A stretch of DNA of 64,000 nt from an uncultured Candidatus Rokubacteria bacterium (GCA_963762145.1 CAVXJS010000014.1:96001-160000); one strand, 5' to 3'. Numbered from the stretch's first letter, positions 1 to 9,636 are shown. Notes: generated from the sequence alone by a model not told the origin. Made by a program: numbers and translations.

Positions 1-11
1 AGCGCGGTCAT
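1..11 (-). CDS. 5' start of a gene running off the left edge (product unknown)
   Basis: Minus strand reads AAGGAGG (25-19), then ATG at 11; only three codons are visible. Confidence 0.5.
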
Positions 12-89
12 GGGCGAGCCTCCTTGGGGTGTGGAGGCCGATGATCATCTGCGGGCCGTGGCCCTGTCAAGCCTCCGGGCCCGTCGCGC

Positions 90-1370
90 TTGGGCCCGCC
101 GGCCTTCCGTGCTATCCCTACCCGGGTGAGCAGCGTCGCTCCGGCGTCGGCCGCCCTGGCCGCGCCCCACGGCTTCGCCGAGATCCTCCGCGAAGCCCCT
201 TACCGCCGGCTCTGGCTTTCCGGCCTCTGCATCAACGGGGCACGCTGGATGGACCTCGTCCTGCTCGGCTGGCTCGCCTTCCAGCTCACCGACTCGCCGT
301 TCATGGTGGCGGTGGCCGCGTTCGCGCGCTCGGCCCCGATGATGCTGCTGGGCCCGTTCACCGGACTCGTGGCGGATCGCATGCACCGCGGGCGGGTGCT
401 CGTCTTCACCCAGGTCCTGGGCCTCGCGACCGGGCTGGCCCTGGCCGCGGTCTTCGCGGCGGGACGGGGCAGCTTCTGGCCGATGGTCGGGCTCGAGGTG
501 CTCTTCGGGGTCCTGTGGGCGCTCGATTTCCCGGCCCGGCGGACCGCGCTCTACGCCCTCGTGGGCCCGCGCCGGGTGGCCATCGCGGTCTCGCTCGAGA
601 CCGTCTCGATGCAGGTGGCCAAGATGATCGGCCCGGTGCTGGCCGGCATCGGGCTCGCGCGTCTCGGCCCCGCGCCGTGCTATCTCGCGGTGGCCGCGCT
701 CTACGCGATCGGGCTGCTCGTCTTCATCGGCCTGCCGGCCCGGATCGGCGGCCCGACCGGCCGCGACAGCGCCTCGGTGGTGTCGAGCCTCGGCGCGGGC
801 TTCAGCTACGCCTGGCGAGAGCCCACGGTCCGCGCGGTCCTGATCATCACGGTGTTGATGAACGTGCTGTTCTTTCCGTACCAGCACATGCTCCCGGTCT
901 TCGCGCGCGACGTCCTGCGCGTGGGCCCCGAGTGGCTGGGCGCGCTCGTCGCTGCCGATGGGCTGGGCGCGCTGCTGGGCGCGCTGGCCATCGCCTCGCG
1001 CGGCGGCTTCCTGCCCCACGGGCGCCTCTTCGCGCTGTCGGTGCTGGTCGCGCCGTTCCTGCTGCTGGCCTTCACCAGCCTGCGATGGCCCTGGGCCTGC
1101 CTGCCGGTGCTGGTCGTGATCGGAGCCGCCGAATCGGGGTTCGCCGCGATGCAGAGCACGCTGGTCCTGCTCTCGGCCCCGGAAGCGAACCGGGGGCGGG
1201 CCATGGGCATCCTGTCGGCCTGCATCGGCACCCAGCCCGCCGGCACCCTCTGGATCGGGTTCCTGGCCACCGGCATCGGCGTGCCGGCCGCGATGGCGAT
1301 CAACGCGATGGCCGCGCTCATCGCCATGCTCCCGGCGGCCTGGCCGCTGGCCCGGCGGCCGCGCGTCTGA
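90..1370 (+). CDS. MFS transporter (start may be GTG at 126)
   Basis: About 12 hydrophobic segments, motif A-like GLVADRMHRGR, and RGRAMG in the C-terminal half. Confidence 0.88.
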   Translation: MGPPAFRAIPTRVSSVAPASAALAAPHGFAEILREAPYRRLWLSGLCINGARWMDLVLLGWLAFQLTDSPFMVAVAAFARSAPMMLLGPFTGLVADRMHRGRVLVFTQVLGLATGLALAAVFAAGRGSFWPMVGLEVLFGVLWALDFPARRTALYALVGPRRVAIAVSLETVSMQVAKMIGPVLAGIGLARLGPAPCYLAVAALYAIGLLVFIGLPARIGGPTGRDSASVVSSLGAGFSYAWREPTVRAVLIITVLMNVLFFPYQHMLPVFARDVLRVGPEWLGALVAADGLGALLGALAIASRGGFLPHGRLFALSVLVAPFLLLAFTSLRWPWACLPVLVVIGAAESGFAAMQSTLVLLSAPEANRGRAMGILSACIGTQPAGTLWIGFLATGIGVPAAMAINAMAALIAMLPAAWPLARRPRV

Positions 1371-1478
1371 CCCGCTATTGACCGAAGATACGAGTTACCC
1401 TAAGTTTGTGGCCGATCGCCGCGATCGCCGGGGTGGTCCCGGCCGGTCCCGACCGTTTCCCGTTGCCCAGGAGGGCTC

Positions 1479-2261
1479 ATGAAGAGGATACGCGCCGTGC
1501 TGGTTCTGGTCCTGGTGGTCGCCGTCAGCCTGTCGCTGCCGGGCGCCACCTCCCTCGCCCAGGAAGTGCTCACGAACGATTCCGTCGTCCAGATGGTCAA
1601 GGCGGGGCTGCCCGAAGCGATCGTCATCGCCAAGATCAAGGGGACCCCGTCCAAGTTCGATCTCAAGACCGACTCGCTGGTGAACCTGAAGAAGGCCGGC
1701 GTCTCGGACAAGGTGCTGGAGGCCATGGTCTCGGCGGGCTCGGTCACTGCCGCGCCGACCACCGCGATGCCCGCTCCGCCGGCGCCCGCGGTGGCGGCGG
1801 GGTCGATCAAGAACACGGACGTGATCTACCAGCTCGTCGGCGACCAGTACGTCGAGATGTTCGCGACCTCCGCGAACCTCGAGACCAACATGGCCTTCTT
1901 CCAGAGCAAGAGCGAGGTCGTGCTGGAGGGTCGAAAGGCCCGGTACCGGATCAAGGACAAGCAGCCGGTATTCCTCAGCACGTACTCGCAGACCGACGCG
2001 CCCCTCGTGAAGCTCAAGCCGGGCGACAGCAACGACGATCGCAACCTGAAGATCGGCAGCGGCGCCTTCATGCCCTTCGGCGGCACCCAGAAGATGGGCG
2101 TGCGCAACGAGGACAAGATCGCGATCAACATCGAGCGCGATGCGCGCGGCTTCTACAAGGTGACCCCGGCGGCCCCGCTCCCGCCCGGCGAGTACGGCTT
2201 CATCCTGGCCACCGGGTTCGGAGCGGGCTCGGGCAAGATCTACGATTTCGGAGTGGACTAA
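1479..2261 (+). CDS. Secreted hypothetical protein
   Basis: GGAGG SD, signal peptide ending SLA-Q, LTNDSVVQMVKAGL...LKKAGVS helical module, Pro/Ala linker. Confidence 0.8.
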   Translation: MKRIRAVLVLVLVVAVSLSLPGATSLAQEVLTNDSVVQMVKAGLPEAIVIAKIKGTPSKFDLKTDSLVNLKKAGVSDKVLEAMVSAGSVTAAPTTAMPAPPAPAVAAGSIKNTDVIYQLVGDQYVEMFATSANLETNMAFFQSKSEVVLEGRKARYRIKDKQPVFLSTYSQTDAPLVKLKPGDSNDDRNLKIGSGAFMPFGGTQKMGVRNEDKIAINIERDARGFYKVTPAAPLPPGEYGFILATGFGAGSGKIYDFGVD

Positions 2262-3437
2262 ACGGACTCCGGCGAGACCGCGGGCCCGCTCGAGCGGGCC
2301 CGCGCGCTGGCGCCGCTCCTGGAGGACCTGAGCGAGCGCACCGAGCTGGAGCGAAGGCTTCCCGAGCCGGTGCAGCGGGCGCTCTTCGACGCCTCGCTGT
2401 TCCGGCTGCTCCTGCCCCGTTTCCTCGACGGGGGCGAGGTGGATCCCCTCACGTTCGTCCAGGTCATCGAGGAGGTCGCCCGGCACGACGCGAGCGCCGC
2501 GTGGTGCCTCTGCCAGGCCGCGGGCTGTTCGATGACCGCGGCCTATCTTCCGCCCGAGACGGCCCGTCAGATCTTCGGTCCCCCGCGCTCCGTGCTGGCC
2601 TGGGGTCCGAGCAATGACGCGAAGGCGGCGGCGGTGGACGGCGGCTATCGCATCAACGGCACCTGGAGCTTCGCCAGCGGCTGCCGCCACGCCACGTGGC
2701 TCGGCGGGTACTGTCCCATCCAGGAGCCCGACGGCACGCCCCGTCGTCGGCCGGACGGCAGCGTCGAGGGACGCACCATGCTGTTTCCGGCCGCGCAGGC
2801 CACCATCGTGGACGTCTGGCACGTGACCGGGCTGCGGGGCACCGGCAGCGACGCGTTCACGGTGACGGATCTCTTCGTGCCCCACGCGCATTCGGTCTCG
2901 CGTGACGATCCCGCCGAGCGGCGACACCCGGGCCCGCTCTACTGCTTCCCGTCGGGCAGCCTCTACGCGTCGGGCTTCTCCGGGGTGGCGATGGGCCTCG
3001 CGCGGAGCAGCCTCGACGCCTTCGTCGAGCTGGCCCGCGACAAGGAGCCGCGCTCCTCCAAGCGGCTCGTGCGCGACAGCGCGCTCATCCAGTTCCAGGT
3101 GGCCGAGGCGGAGGGGAAGCTGGGCGCGGCGCGCGTGTACCTGCACGACACGCTCGGGCGTATCTGGGCCGAGGTGAGCCGGACGGGCCGGCCGCTCACC
3201 GTGGAGCAGCGGGTGGCGATCCGGCTCGCCTCCACGTACGGCATCCACCAGGCCAAGCAGGTCGTGGACACGGTCCACCACGCGGCCGGGTCGAGCGCCA
3301 TCTTCACCAGCAGCGCCTTCGAGCGACGCTTCCGCGACATCCACACCGTGACCCAGCAGCTCCAGGGCCGCCAGGCCCACCTCGAGACCGTCGGCCGCTA
3401 CCTCCTTGGCCTCGAGCCCGACCAGACCTTCCTATAG
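2262..3437 (+). CDS. Acyl-CoA dehydrogenase-fold flavin-dependent monooxygenase (HsaA-like); start uncertain (first GTG at 2370)
   Basis: Motifs GYRINGTWSFASGC, W-x-V-x-GLRGTGS and ERRFRDIH; family-like N-terminus LERARALAPLL extends back to 2262. Confidence 0.85.
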   Translation, partial: TDSGETAGPLERARALAPLLEDLSERTELERRLPEPVQRALFDASLFRLLLPRFLDGGEVDPLTFVQVIEEVARHDASAAWCLCQAAGCSMTAAYLPPETARQIFGPPRSVLAWGPSNDAKAAAVDGGYRINGTWSFASGCRHATWLGGYCPIQEPDGTPRRRPDGSVEGRTMLFPAAQATIVDVWHVTGLRGTGSDAFTVTDLFVPHAHSVSRDDPAERRHPGPLYCFPSGSLYASGFSGVAMGLARSSLDAFVELARDKEPRSSKRLVRDSALIQFQVAEAEGKLGAARVYLHDTLGRIWAEVSRTGRPLTVEQRVAIRLASTYGIHQAKQVVDTVHHAAGSSAIFTSSAFERRFRDIHTVTQQLQGRQAHLETVGRYLLGLEPDQTFL

Positions 3438-3615
3438 GCACTCCCGGTCCGGTCTCGCCCGCCCGGCCCGGCCTCCGGAGAATTAGGAGGCAAAATAGTC
3501 TGGTGTGTAGAATGAACGTGAGCCTCGAGCCGGGTCCGGTTGTCACGGGACAGGAGGGTGCCATCGCTCGAAACTCGCGACGAAGTTCCGCAGTCTTCCA
3601 GCGTGGGGGACTGCC

Positions 3616-3864
3616 ATGAGCGACATGCCGGCCGAAACCCCCCGCATTGCCCGCGCTTACTGCCCCGCCTGCGAGCCCGACGCCGACACCCTGCTGGAGA
3701 TCCTCGAAGTGCAATGGTGCAACGTCCACATGCCGATGCGCGAGGGTGTGGACGACGCCCGGGTGATGTCCGACGCCATGCTGACCGGGAGCGCCGAGGC
3801 GGGCGGCGACGAGAACCGGCGCTGGTGCGACATCATTCACGGGGATTCGCACCGCCGGCACTAG
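3616..3864 (+). CDS. Small Cys/His-rich hypothetical protein, possibly metal-binding
   Basis: 82 aa with CPAC, CNVH and CDIIH; GGGGGA SD. Confidence 0.7.
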   Translation: MSDMPAETPRIARAYCPACEPDADTLLEILEVQWCNVHMPMREGVDDARVMSDAMLTGSAEAGGDENRRWCDIIHGDSHRRH

Positions 3865-4577
3865 ATCAGCGGCCAGGGGTAGCGCAGGCCACTCTTGTCC
3901 ACCGGATATTGCCCCGTGCGCAGGAGTCCGCGCGCGCGACGCTTGAAGGCGCGCTGCTCGTCGGGATCGAGCAGCTCGGCCAGGGCGGGCGGAAGATCAT
4001 CGCTCACCACACGGCGCAGGTCCTCCTGCAGCGCCGGCGCGATCGGCTCCTCGCCGAAGTCCCAGATCACGGTGCGCAGCTTCGGCTCGGCGTGGAAGGT
4101 CAGGCCGTTGTCGATCGCGTAGATCCGATCGTCGGGCACGAGCAGGCAGTGGCCACTCTTGCGGTCGGCGTTGTTGGCCACCAGGTCGAAGAGACAGATG
4201 CGCTGGAGCGTCTCGCGGTGGTCGCCCGACTCGACCAGGGTGAAGTAGTGCTGGCGGAAATCGGCCGGGACGAAGAGCTGGAGCGATCCCTCGCCCAAAG
4301 GGGCGTCGGCGCGCGGCGCCGTCGGCGGCACGAGACCCCAGCCGAGCGCCTCGGAGAGCAGGTACGCCGCGATCTCGCGCCGGAAGAGCCCGGGCGGGAA
4401 ATCCCAGAGCGGCCGCTCGCCGCGCACGGGCTTGTAGACGGCCAGGGCGGTGGCCCCGTCGAGGGCCAGCTCCACCAGGAAGGTGGCATTGCTGCTGCGC
4501 GGCATCCGGCCCTTCACCGTGATGTCGCCGCGGGCCAGCAGATCGAGGGCGATCGCCGGATCCGCTCGTCCCGACAT
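3861..4577 (-). CDS. SCO1664-family protein (PI3/PI4 kinase-like fold)
   Basis: SSNATF, VYKPVRGERPLWDFP, REIAAYLLS, NNADRKSGH, IDNGLTF. Confidence 0.9.
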   Translation of the reverse strand: MSGRADPAIALDLLARGDITVKGRMPRSSNATFLVELALDGATALAVYKPVRGERPLWDFPPGLFRREIAAYLLSEALGWGLVPPTAPRADAPLGEGSLQLFVPADFRQHYFTLVESGDHRETLQRICLFDLVANNADRKSGHCLLVPDDRIYAIDNGLTFHAEPKLRTVIWDFGEEPIAPALQEDLRRVVSDDLPPALAELLDPDEQRAFKRRARGLLRTGQYPVDKSGLRYPWPLI

Positions 4578-4579
4578 GG

Positions 4580-5119
4580 CTAGTGCTTCACGTGCCCATT
4601 GGCCCGCGGGCACACGTGCCCTTCGGGGTCCATGGGACGGCTGCACACCGGGCAGGTCGGGCGGCCCCCCTTCATGAGCTCGTTCGCCCGCTCCACGAAG
4701 GCGGCGGCCTGGGCGCGGGTGATGCGGAAGCGGGCCATGGCGGGATCCGGCTCGCGCTCGGGGGCCGGCGCGCCCTCTTCCTCCGCTTCGTCCGCCTCGA
4801 TCAGCTCGCTCGCCTCGACGACGACCCGATCCAGGTTCTCGTCGTAGCCCACCGCGAGCGAGCCCACGTCCCACTCGGCCTCGATCGGCTCGATCAGCTC
4901 GGCCGGGCGCCGCGCCGCACCCGGCGCGGTCTTCACGCGGGCGAGCAGGCCGCTCACGTACTCGGCCAGCGCGCGCACGTGCTCCTTCTCGACCTTCAAG
5001 GTGACGAGGCGGGCGCCGTCGCGCGATTGCAGGTAGAAGACGCGCTGGCCGGGCGGCCCGACCGCCCCGGCCGTGAAGTGGTCCGGCGAGTCGACCTCGA
5101 AGGAGGGGTTGTCGCTCAT
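4580..5119 (-). CDS. DUF3090-family protein
   Basis: FTAGAVGPPGQRVFYLQ, EKE, GGRPTCPVCSRPMDPEGHVCPRANGH. Confidence 0.88.
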   Translation of the reverse strand: MSDNPSFEVDSPDHFTAGAVGPPGQRVFYLQSRDGARLVTLKVEKEHVRALAEYVSGLLARVKTAPGAARRPAELIEPIEAEWDVGSLAVGYDENLDRVVVEASELIEADEAEEEGAPAPEREPDPAMARFRITRAQAAAFVERANELMKGGRPTCPVCSRPMDPEGHVCPRANGHVKH

Positions 5120-5754
5120 GCCTTGCCCCCGCCGAGCCAGGTGAGGTCGCCCGCCAGCGAGTTCACGGTGAGGACGGCGGGGCCGCCGCGCCGGTAGGCC
5201 ACCGCGGTGATGGACGTGGGGGCGATCATGATGCGCTGGAAGAGATCGAGGGGCGTGCCGAGGGCCTGGGCCACCGCCGCCTTGATCGGATCGGCGTGCG
5301 ACACCGCGACCACGATCTGGCCCGGGAAGCGGGCCACCAGCCGGCCGAGCGCGGAGGTGATGCGCGCCTGCATCTCGGGGAAGGACTCGCCGTCGGGGAA
5401 GCGGAAGCCGCTCGGGTTGCGCTGCACCGTCTCCCACTCGGGCCGCCGGGCGGCCTGCTTGAGGCTCAGGCCGGTCCACGAGCCGATGTCGAGATCGGCC
5501 AGGTCGCGGTCGATGCGAAGGGCGAGCCCGCGGATACGCGCGATGGGCGCGGCGGTCTCGCGCGCGCGCTCGAGATGCGAGGAGTAGATCGCGGCGACCT
5601 TGGGGAGCGCCTTGATGCGAGCGGCGGCGGCCTCGGCCTGGCGCCGGCCCTCGTCGGTGAGGTGCAGCCCGGGGGCCTGGCCGGGCAGCTTGATCCCGGT
5701 GGTGGGCGTCAGCCCGTGGCGTACGAGCAGGACGACCGTCGCGGCGTCCGCCAT
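5116..5754 (-). CDS. Histidine phosphatase / MSMEG_4193-family phosphomutase
   Basis: LVRHG, SSHLERARETA, FPDGES, VSHADPIK. Confidence 0.9.
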   Translation of the reverse strand: MADAATVVLLVRHGLTPTTGIKLPGQAPGLHLTDEGRRQAEAAAARIKALPKVAAIYSSHLERARETAAPIARIRGLALRIDRDLADLDIGSWTGLSLKQAARRPEWETVQRNPSGFRFPDGESFPEMQARITSALGRLVARFPGQIVVAVSHADPIKAAVAQALGTPLDLFQRIMIAPTSITAVAYRRGGPAVLTVNSLAGDLTWLGGGKA

Positions 5755-5766
5755 CGGGCGGGCCGG

Positions 5767-7776
5767 CTAGGAGACGGCCCGACGCTTCGCGCGGACGAAG
5801 TCCACCAGCACGTACTCGCCGAGGCGATCGGACGTCGCGAAGAAGGCGCGGCCGCGATTGATGCGGGTCATCTGCTCGACGAACGCGGCGAGCGCGTGGC
5901 TCTGCTCGAGCATGAACGTGTTGATCGTGATGCCGTCGCGCGTGCACCGCTGGACTTCCTTGAGCGTCTCCTGGAGGGTGCGCCGGGTGGGCGGGTAGGC
6001 GAACTCGGGCTCGGTGCCCTCCATGTGCGCGGTGGGCTCGCCGTCCGTGATCATGATCACCTGCTTGTTGCCGCCCTTGTGCCGGGCCAGGAGCTGCCGC
6101 GCGAGCAGGAAGCCCGCGTGCATGTTGGTGCCCACGCTCCACTCGCCGGGGGCGAGGTGGGGGAGCTGGGCCGCGGTGAACTCGCGGGCGTAGAGCGAGA
6201 AGCCCACGATGTAGAGGCTGTCGCGCGGGAACTGGCCGCGGATCAGCGCGTTGAGCGCGAGCGCGACCTTCTTGGCGGGCAGGAAGCAGCCGTTGAAGAT
6301 CATCGAGCGGCTCATGTCGAGCATGAGCACGGTGGCCGCGTGGGTCTGGGTCTCGGTGCGCACCACCTCGAAGTCGTCGGGGGCCAGCCGGACCGGGACC
6401 CCGGCGCCGTTGCGCTCCACCGCGTTCATCAGGGTCTCGCGCAGCTCGAGCAGGAACGGGTCGCCGAACTCGTAGGGCTTGGTCTGGTCGGTCCGGTCAC
6501 CGCCCGCGCCCCGCCGCTCGATCGCGTGGCCGCCGAAGCGGTCGCGCTTGAGGTGCCCGAAGATGTCGCGCAGGGCCTTGTCGCCGATCTTGCGCATCGC
6601 CCGCGCGGTCAGCTCGAGCCGGTCACCCTTTCTTTCGAGATAGCCGGCTTCCTCCAGCTTCTTGGTCATCTCGCGCAGGCGCTCGAGGTCGCGGACCGCT
6701 TCCTCGCCCAGGAGCTGCTCGACCTGCTCGGGGTCGATCTTCTCCAGGTCGTCGGGGTCGCGCACCTTCTGGATCTGGCGCTCGAGCTCGTCGAGCTGGC
6801 GGAGCTCGTCCATCAGGTCCATGGCCTGCTTCATCGTCAGGTCGTCCTGGCCGCGGAAGTTGTAGCGCTGGCCGTCGGGCGGCGGCATGAGCTGGCTCAG
6901 GTTCATGCCGAGCTGGCGCAGCTCGGCCTCGAGCCGCTCGTCCTGCATGAAGAGCGACTGCATCATGTCCTGGAGCTGGCTGCGCTGCCCGGGCGACATG
7001 CTCGAGAGCAGCGACTGCATCTGACCGGCCTGCTGGGCGATCTGCTCCAGGAGCTGGTCGAGGTTCTGGGCCCCCGGGAAGTGGTCGCCCCACTTCTGCT
7101 TGAAGGCGTCGAAGTCCGGTTCGCGCCCCTCCGCGCGGTCCTGGAGCATGCGGTTCAGATCGCGCATCATCTCCCGCATCCGCTCGAGGTCCTGGGGGGT
7201 CATGTTGCCGAGCTGCTTCTGCATGTTGGAGAGGAACGGCTGCAGCATCTGCTGCTGCAGGCCCTTCATCAGCTCCCAGAACATCCGGTGCGCGTCGGGA
7301 TCCATGAACTCGTAGTTCTGCAGGCCCTGGATGCGTCCCGCGGGAGACTCCGGCATCTCGTCGAGGCTCTTCCGGTGCTCGGCGGCCGCCTGCTCCATGC
7401 CCTGGCGGAACGACTCGGGGGCTTCGCCCTTCTCGGCGCGCTCCTTGGCGTCGCTCACCCGCCGCTCGATGCCCTCGCGCTCGGTCTTCAGGATGTTGTC
7501 GAGCTTCTGCTTGATGTCGTCGAGCACCGAGGACAGATCGTAGCGGTCGAGCTGCTGCTGGCGCTGGCGGCGCAGCCGGTTGAGCAGATCCTGGAGCCCG
7601 GGCAGGTTGGCCCCGTCCGGGTTCTTGGCCCCGCGCTGGAAGAGGCGCCGGAGCGCGCTCCACGGATCGCCGTCCGACAGGAGATCGTCGGACATCGCGT
7701 CGAGGAGCTGATCGGCGTCGAGATCGTCGAGGCGCTGGGAGCCGTCCCAGCGCGAGTACCAGCTCAGGGGTGCCAC
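5767..7776 (-). CDS. VWA-domain protein (partner of the adjacent ATPase)
   Basis: MIDAS DMSRSM, GTN and ITDGEPT; long helical N-terminus starting YSRWDG. Confidence 0.9.
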   Translation of the reverse strand: MAPLSWYSRWDGSQRLDDLDADQLLDAMSDDLLSDGDPWSALRRLFQRGAKNPDGANLPGLQDLLNRLRRQRQQQLDRYDLSSVLDDIKQKLDNILKTEREGIERRVSDAKERAEKGEAPESFRQGMEQAAAEHRKSLDEMPESPAGRIQGLQNYEFMDPDAHRMFWELMKGLQQQMLQPFLSNMQKQLGNMTPQDLERMREMMRDLNRMLQDRAEGREPDFDAFKQKWGDHFPGAQNLDQLLEQIAQQAGQMQSLLSSMSPGQRSQLQDMMQSLFMQDERLEAELRQLGMNLSQLMPPPDGQRYNFRGQDDLTMKQAMDLMDELRQLDELERQIQKVRDPDDLEKIDPEQVEQLLGEEAVRDLERLREMTKKLEEAGYLERKGDRLELTARAMRKIGDKALRDIFGHLKRDRFGGHAIERRGAGGDRTDQTKPYEFGDPFLLELRETLMNAVERNGAGVPVRLAPDDFEVVRTETQTHAATVLMLDMSRSMIFNGCFLPAKKVALALNALIRGQFPRDSLYIVGFSLYAREFTAAQLPHLAPGEWSVGTNMHAGFLLARQLLARHKGGNKQVIMITDGEPTAHMEGTEPEFAYPPTRRTLQETLKEVQRCTRDGITINTFMLEQSHALAAFVEQMTRINRGRAFFATSDRLGEYVLVDFVRAKRRAVS

Positions 7777-7787
7777 TAGACCATCGA

Positions 7788-7850
7788 AGGGGGCCGCGAC
7801 GGCCCCCTCCGAGCCTCCCCCAGAACAGATTGCGCCGGCGAAGCCGGCGC
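7788..7850. repeat. REP-like double hairpin
   Basis: agggggccg/cggccccct (7788-7808) and gcgccggc-GAA-gccggcgc (7832-7850). Confidence 0.65.
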
Positions 7851-7873
7851 TCGGACTGCGCTCACTGTCGTTC

Positions 7874-9268
7874 TCACGCCACCCGGTAGCGCGCCTGCCC
7901 GGCCTGCACGTCCTTGTTGAGCTTCTTGCTCAGGTGCAGGCCCTCCAGCACGAACTCGACCGCGGCGGCCACGCTCGCCGGGTCCTGCGCCCCGAGCTTG
8001 CGCACCGCCGCCTGCAGCGGGCGCACCTGGCCGAGGTGCCGGAGGTAGAGATCGGCGGGCATGGAGTCGGAGACCTCGATCTTGAGCCCGTCCTGGAAGG
8101 CGCCCACCACCTCGTCCAGCTCGCCGGAGGTGAAGCTGCGGTTGAACACGTTGAGCAGGGCGCGCTGCATGATCTTGGACATGACCTTGTCCTCGGTCGC
8201 GTCGCCCAGGCTCTCCATCTCGATCTTGCCGCCGGTGGAGGCGGCGATGGCGCCGAGGTCGCTCACCCGGGGGGCGGCCACCGCCTCGCCGAGGCGGATC
8301 GCCCGCTTGACCGCGCTCGACAAGATGTTCTCGTAGTTGCAGATCGTCACGCGCACCGATACCCCCGAGCGCTGGCTGATCTCGGGCGAGCGGCGGGCCA
8401 GATGGGTGACCTCGGCCACGAGCTGCTTCATGAACTCCGGACTCCGGGTCTCGAGGCCCGCGTCGGCGTAGGTGGTGCGCTCCGCCTCCATGATCGCGAT
8501 CTCGTCCTCCACCCGCCTGGGGTAGTGGGTGCGAATCTGCGAGCCGAAGCGGTCCTTGAGCGGGGTGATGATGCGCCCGCGGTTGGTGTAGTCCTCCGGG
8601 TTCGCGCTCGCCACCACGTAGAGGTCGATCGGCAGCCGCACCTTGTATCCGCGGATCTGCACGTCGCGCTCTTCCATGATGTTGAGCAGGCCCACCTGGA
8701 TGCGCTCGGCCAGGTCCGGCAGCTCGTTGAGCGCGAAGATGCCGCGGTTGGTGCGGGGCAGGAGGCCGTAGTGGATGGTGAGCTCGTCGGAGAGGTAGCG
8801 GCCCTCCGCGACCTTGATCGGATCCACCTCGCCGATCAGGTCGGCGATCGTGATGTCGGGGGTCGCGAGCTTCTCCCCGTAGCGCCGGTCACGCGGGATC
8901 CAGGCGATCGCGGCCTTGTCTCCCTGTTCGCCGACGCGCTGGCGGCACGCCGAGCAGATGGGAGCGAGCGGCTCGTCGCTGATCTCGCAGCCGGCCAGCG
9001 CGGGCATCTCCTCGTCGAGAAGGCCGACCAGCAATCGTGCCATGCGGGTCTTGGCCTGGCCGCGCTCGCCCAGGAAGACGATGTCCTGGCCGCTCAGCAC
9101 CGCGTTCTCGATCTGGGGCACGACGGTCTGCTCGTACCCCACGATGCCGGTGAAGAGGCCTTCGCCGCGGCGCAGCCGGGCGATCAGATTGTCCCGCAGC
9201 TCCTGCTTGACGGAGCGAGACACATACCCGCTGTCGCGCAGCTCTCGAATCGTGGTCGGCTTCGCCAT
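7874..9268 (-). CDS. Mg-chelatase-like/MoxR-related AAA+ ATPase
   Basis: Walker A GERGQAKT, NELPDL, ASANPEDYTNRGRIITPLKDRFG. Confidence 0.9.
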   Translation of the reverse strand: MAKPTTIRELRDSGYVSRSVKQELRDNLIARLRRGEGLFTGIVGYEQTVVPQIENAVLSGQDIVFLGERGQAKTRMARLLVGLLDEEMPALAGCEISDEPLAPICSACRQRVGEQGDKAAIAWIPRDRRYGEKLATPDITIADLIGEVDPIKVAEGRYLSDELTIHYGLLPRTNRGIFALNELPDLAERIQVGLLNIMEERDVQIRGYKVRLPIDLYVVASANPEDYTNRGRIITPLKDRFGSQIRTHYPRRVEDEIAIMEAERTTYADAGLETRSPEFMKQLVAEVTHLARRSPEISQRSGVSVRVTICNYENILSSAVKRAIRLGEAVAAPRVSDLGAIAASTGGKIEMESLGDATEDKVMSKIMQRALLNVFNRSFTSGELDEVVGAFQDGLKIEVSDSMPADLYLRHLGQVRPLQAAVRKLGAQDPASVAAAVEFVLEGLHLSKKLNKDVQAGQARYRVA

Positions 9269-9292
9269 GAGGGCTCCCTTCGCTGTGGGCTC

Positions 9293-9362
9293 ACTATGCG
9301 GCGGGCGCTGGCCGCTGTCAATCCGCGCACAACTTGACACGCTGCGGGAGCCCGGTCAGGAT
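9293..9362. promoter_or_regulatory. Back-to-back sigma70-type promoters
   Basis: Minus: TTGACA (9321-9316)-17 nt-CATAGT (9298-9293). Plus: TTGACA (9334-9339)-17 nt-CAGGAT (9357-9362). Confidence 0.6.
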
Positions 9363-9369
9363 GCGGATC

Positions 9370-9636
9370 ATGCCGACGGGACGGGGTTGGTGGGGCCGGC
9401 TCCTCCTGGTCATCCTGCTCGTGCTGCCGCTTCCCGTCGCGCTCGACCTGTGCGACGACGCCGCCGAGAGTGACGAGAACCGGCTCCGCGTTGCGGCCGG
9501 CGTGCAGTCCGACTCCGCGTGGGGCCTGCCCGCGCCCACGTCCGCTCGGCCCGCGGGCTGGCCCGATCCCCACGACCCGGTCATCGCCGGCTGGATCTGT
9601 CTCACTCCGTCCGACCGCGCGCCTCCTCGCGCCTGA
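9370..9636 (+). CDS. Putative regulatory leader/arrest peptide with a hydrophobic N-terminal segment and C-terminal RAPP motif
   Basis: 88 aa; LLLVILLVLPLPVAL; ends DRAPPRA*; RAPP codons are complementary to the downstream SD. Confidence 0.7.
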   Translation: MPTGRGWWGRLLLVILLVLPLPVALDLCDDAAESDENRLRVAAGVQSDSAWGLPAPTSARPAGWPDPHDPVIAGWICLTPSDRAPPRA

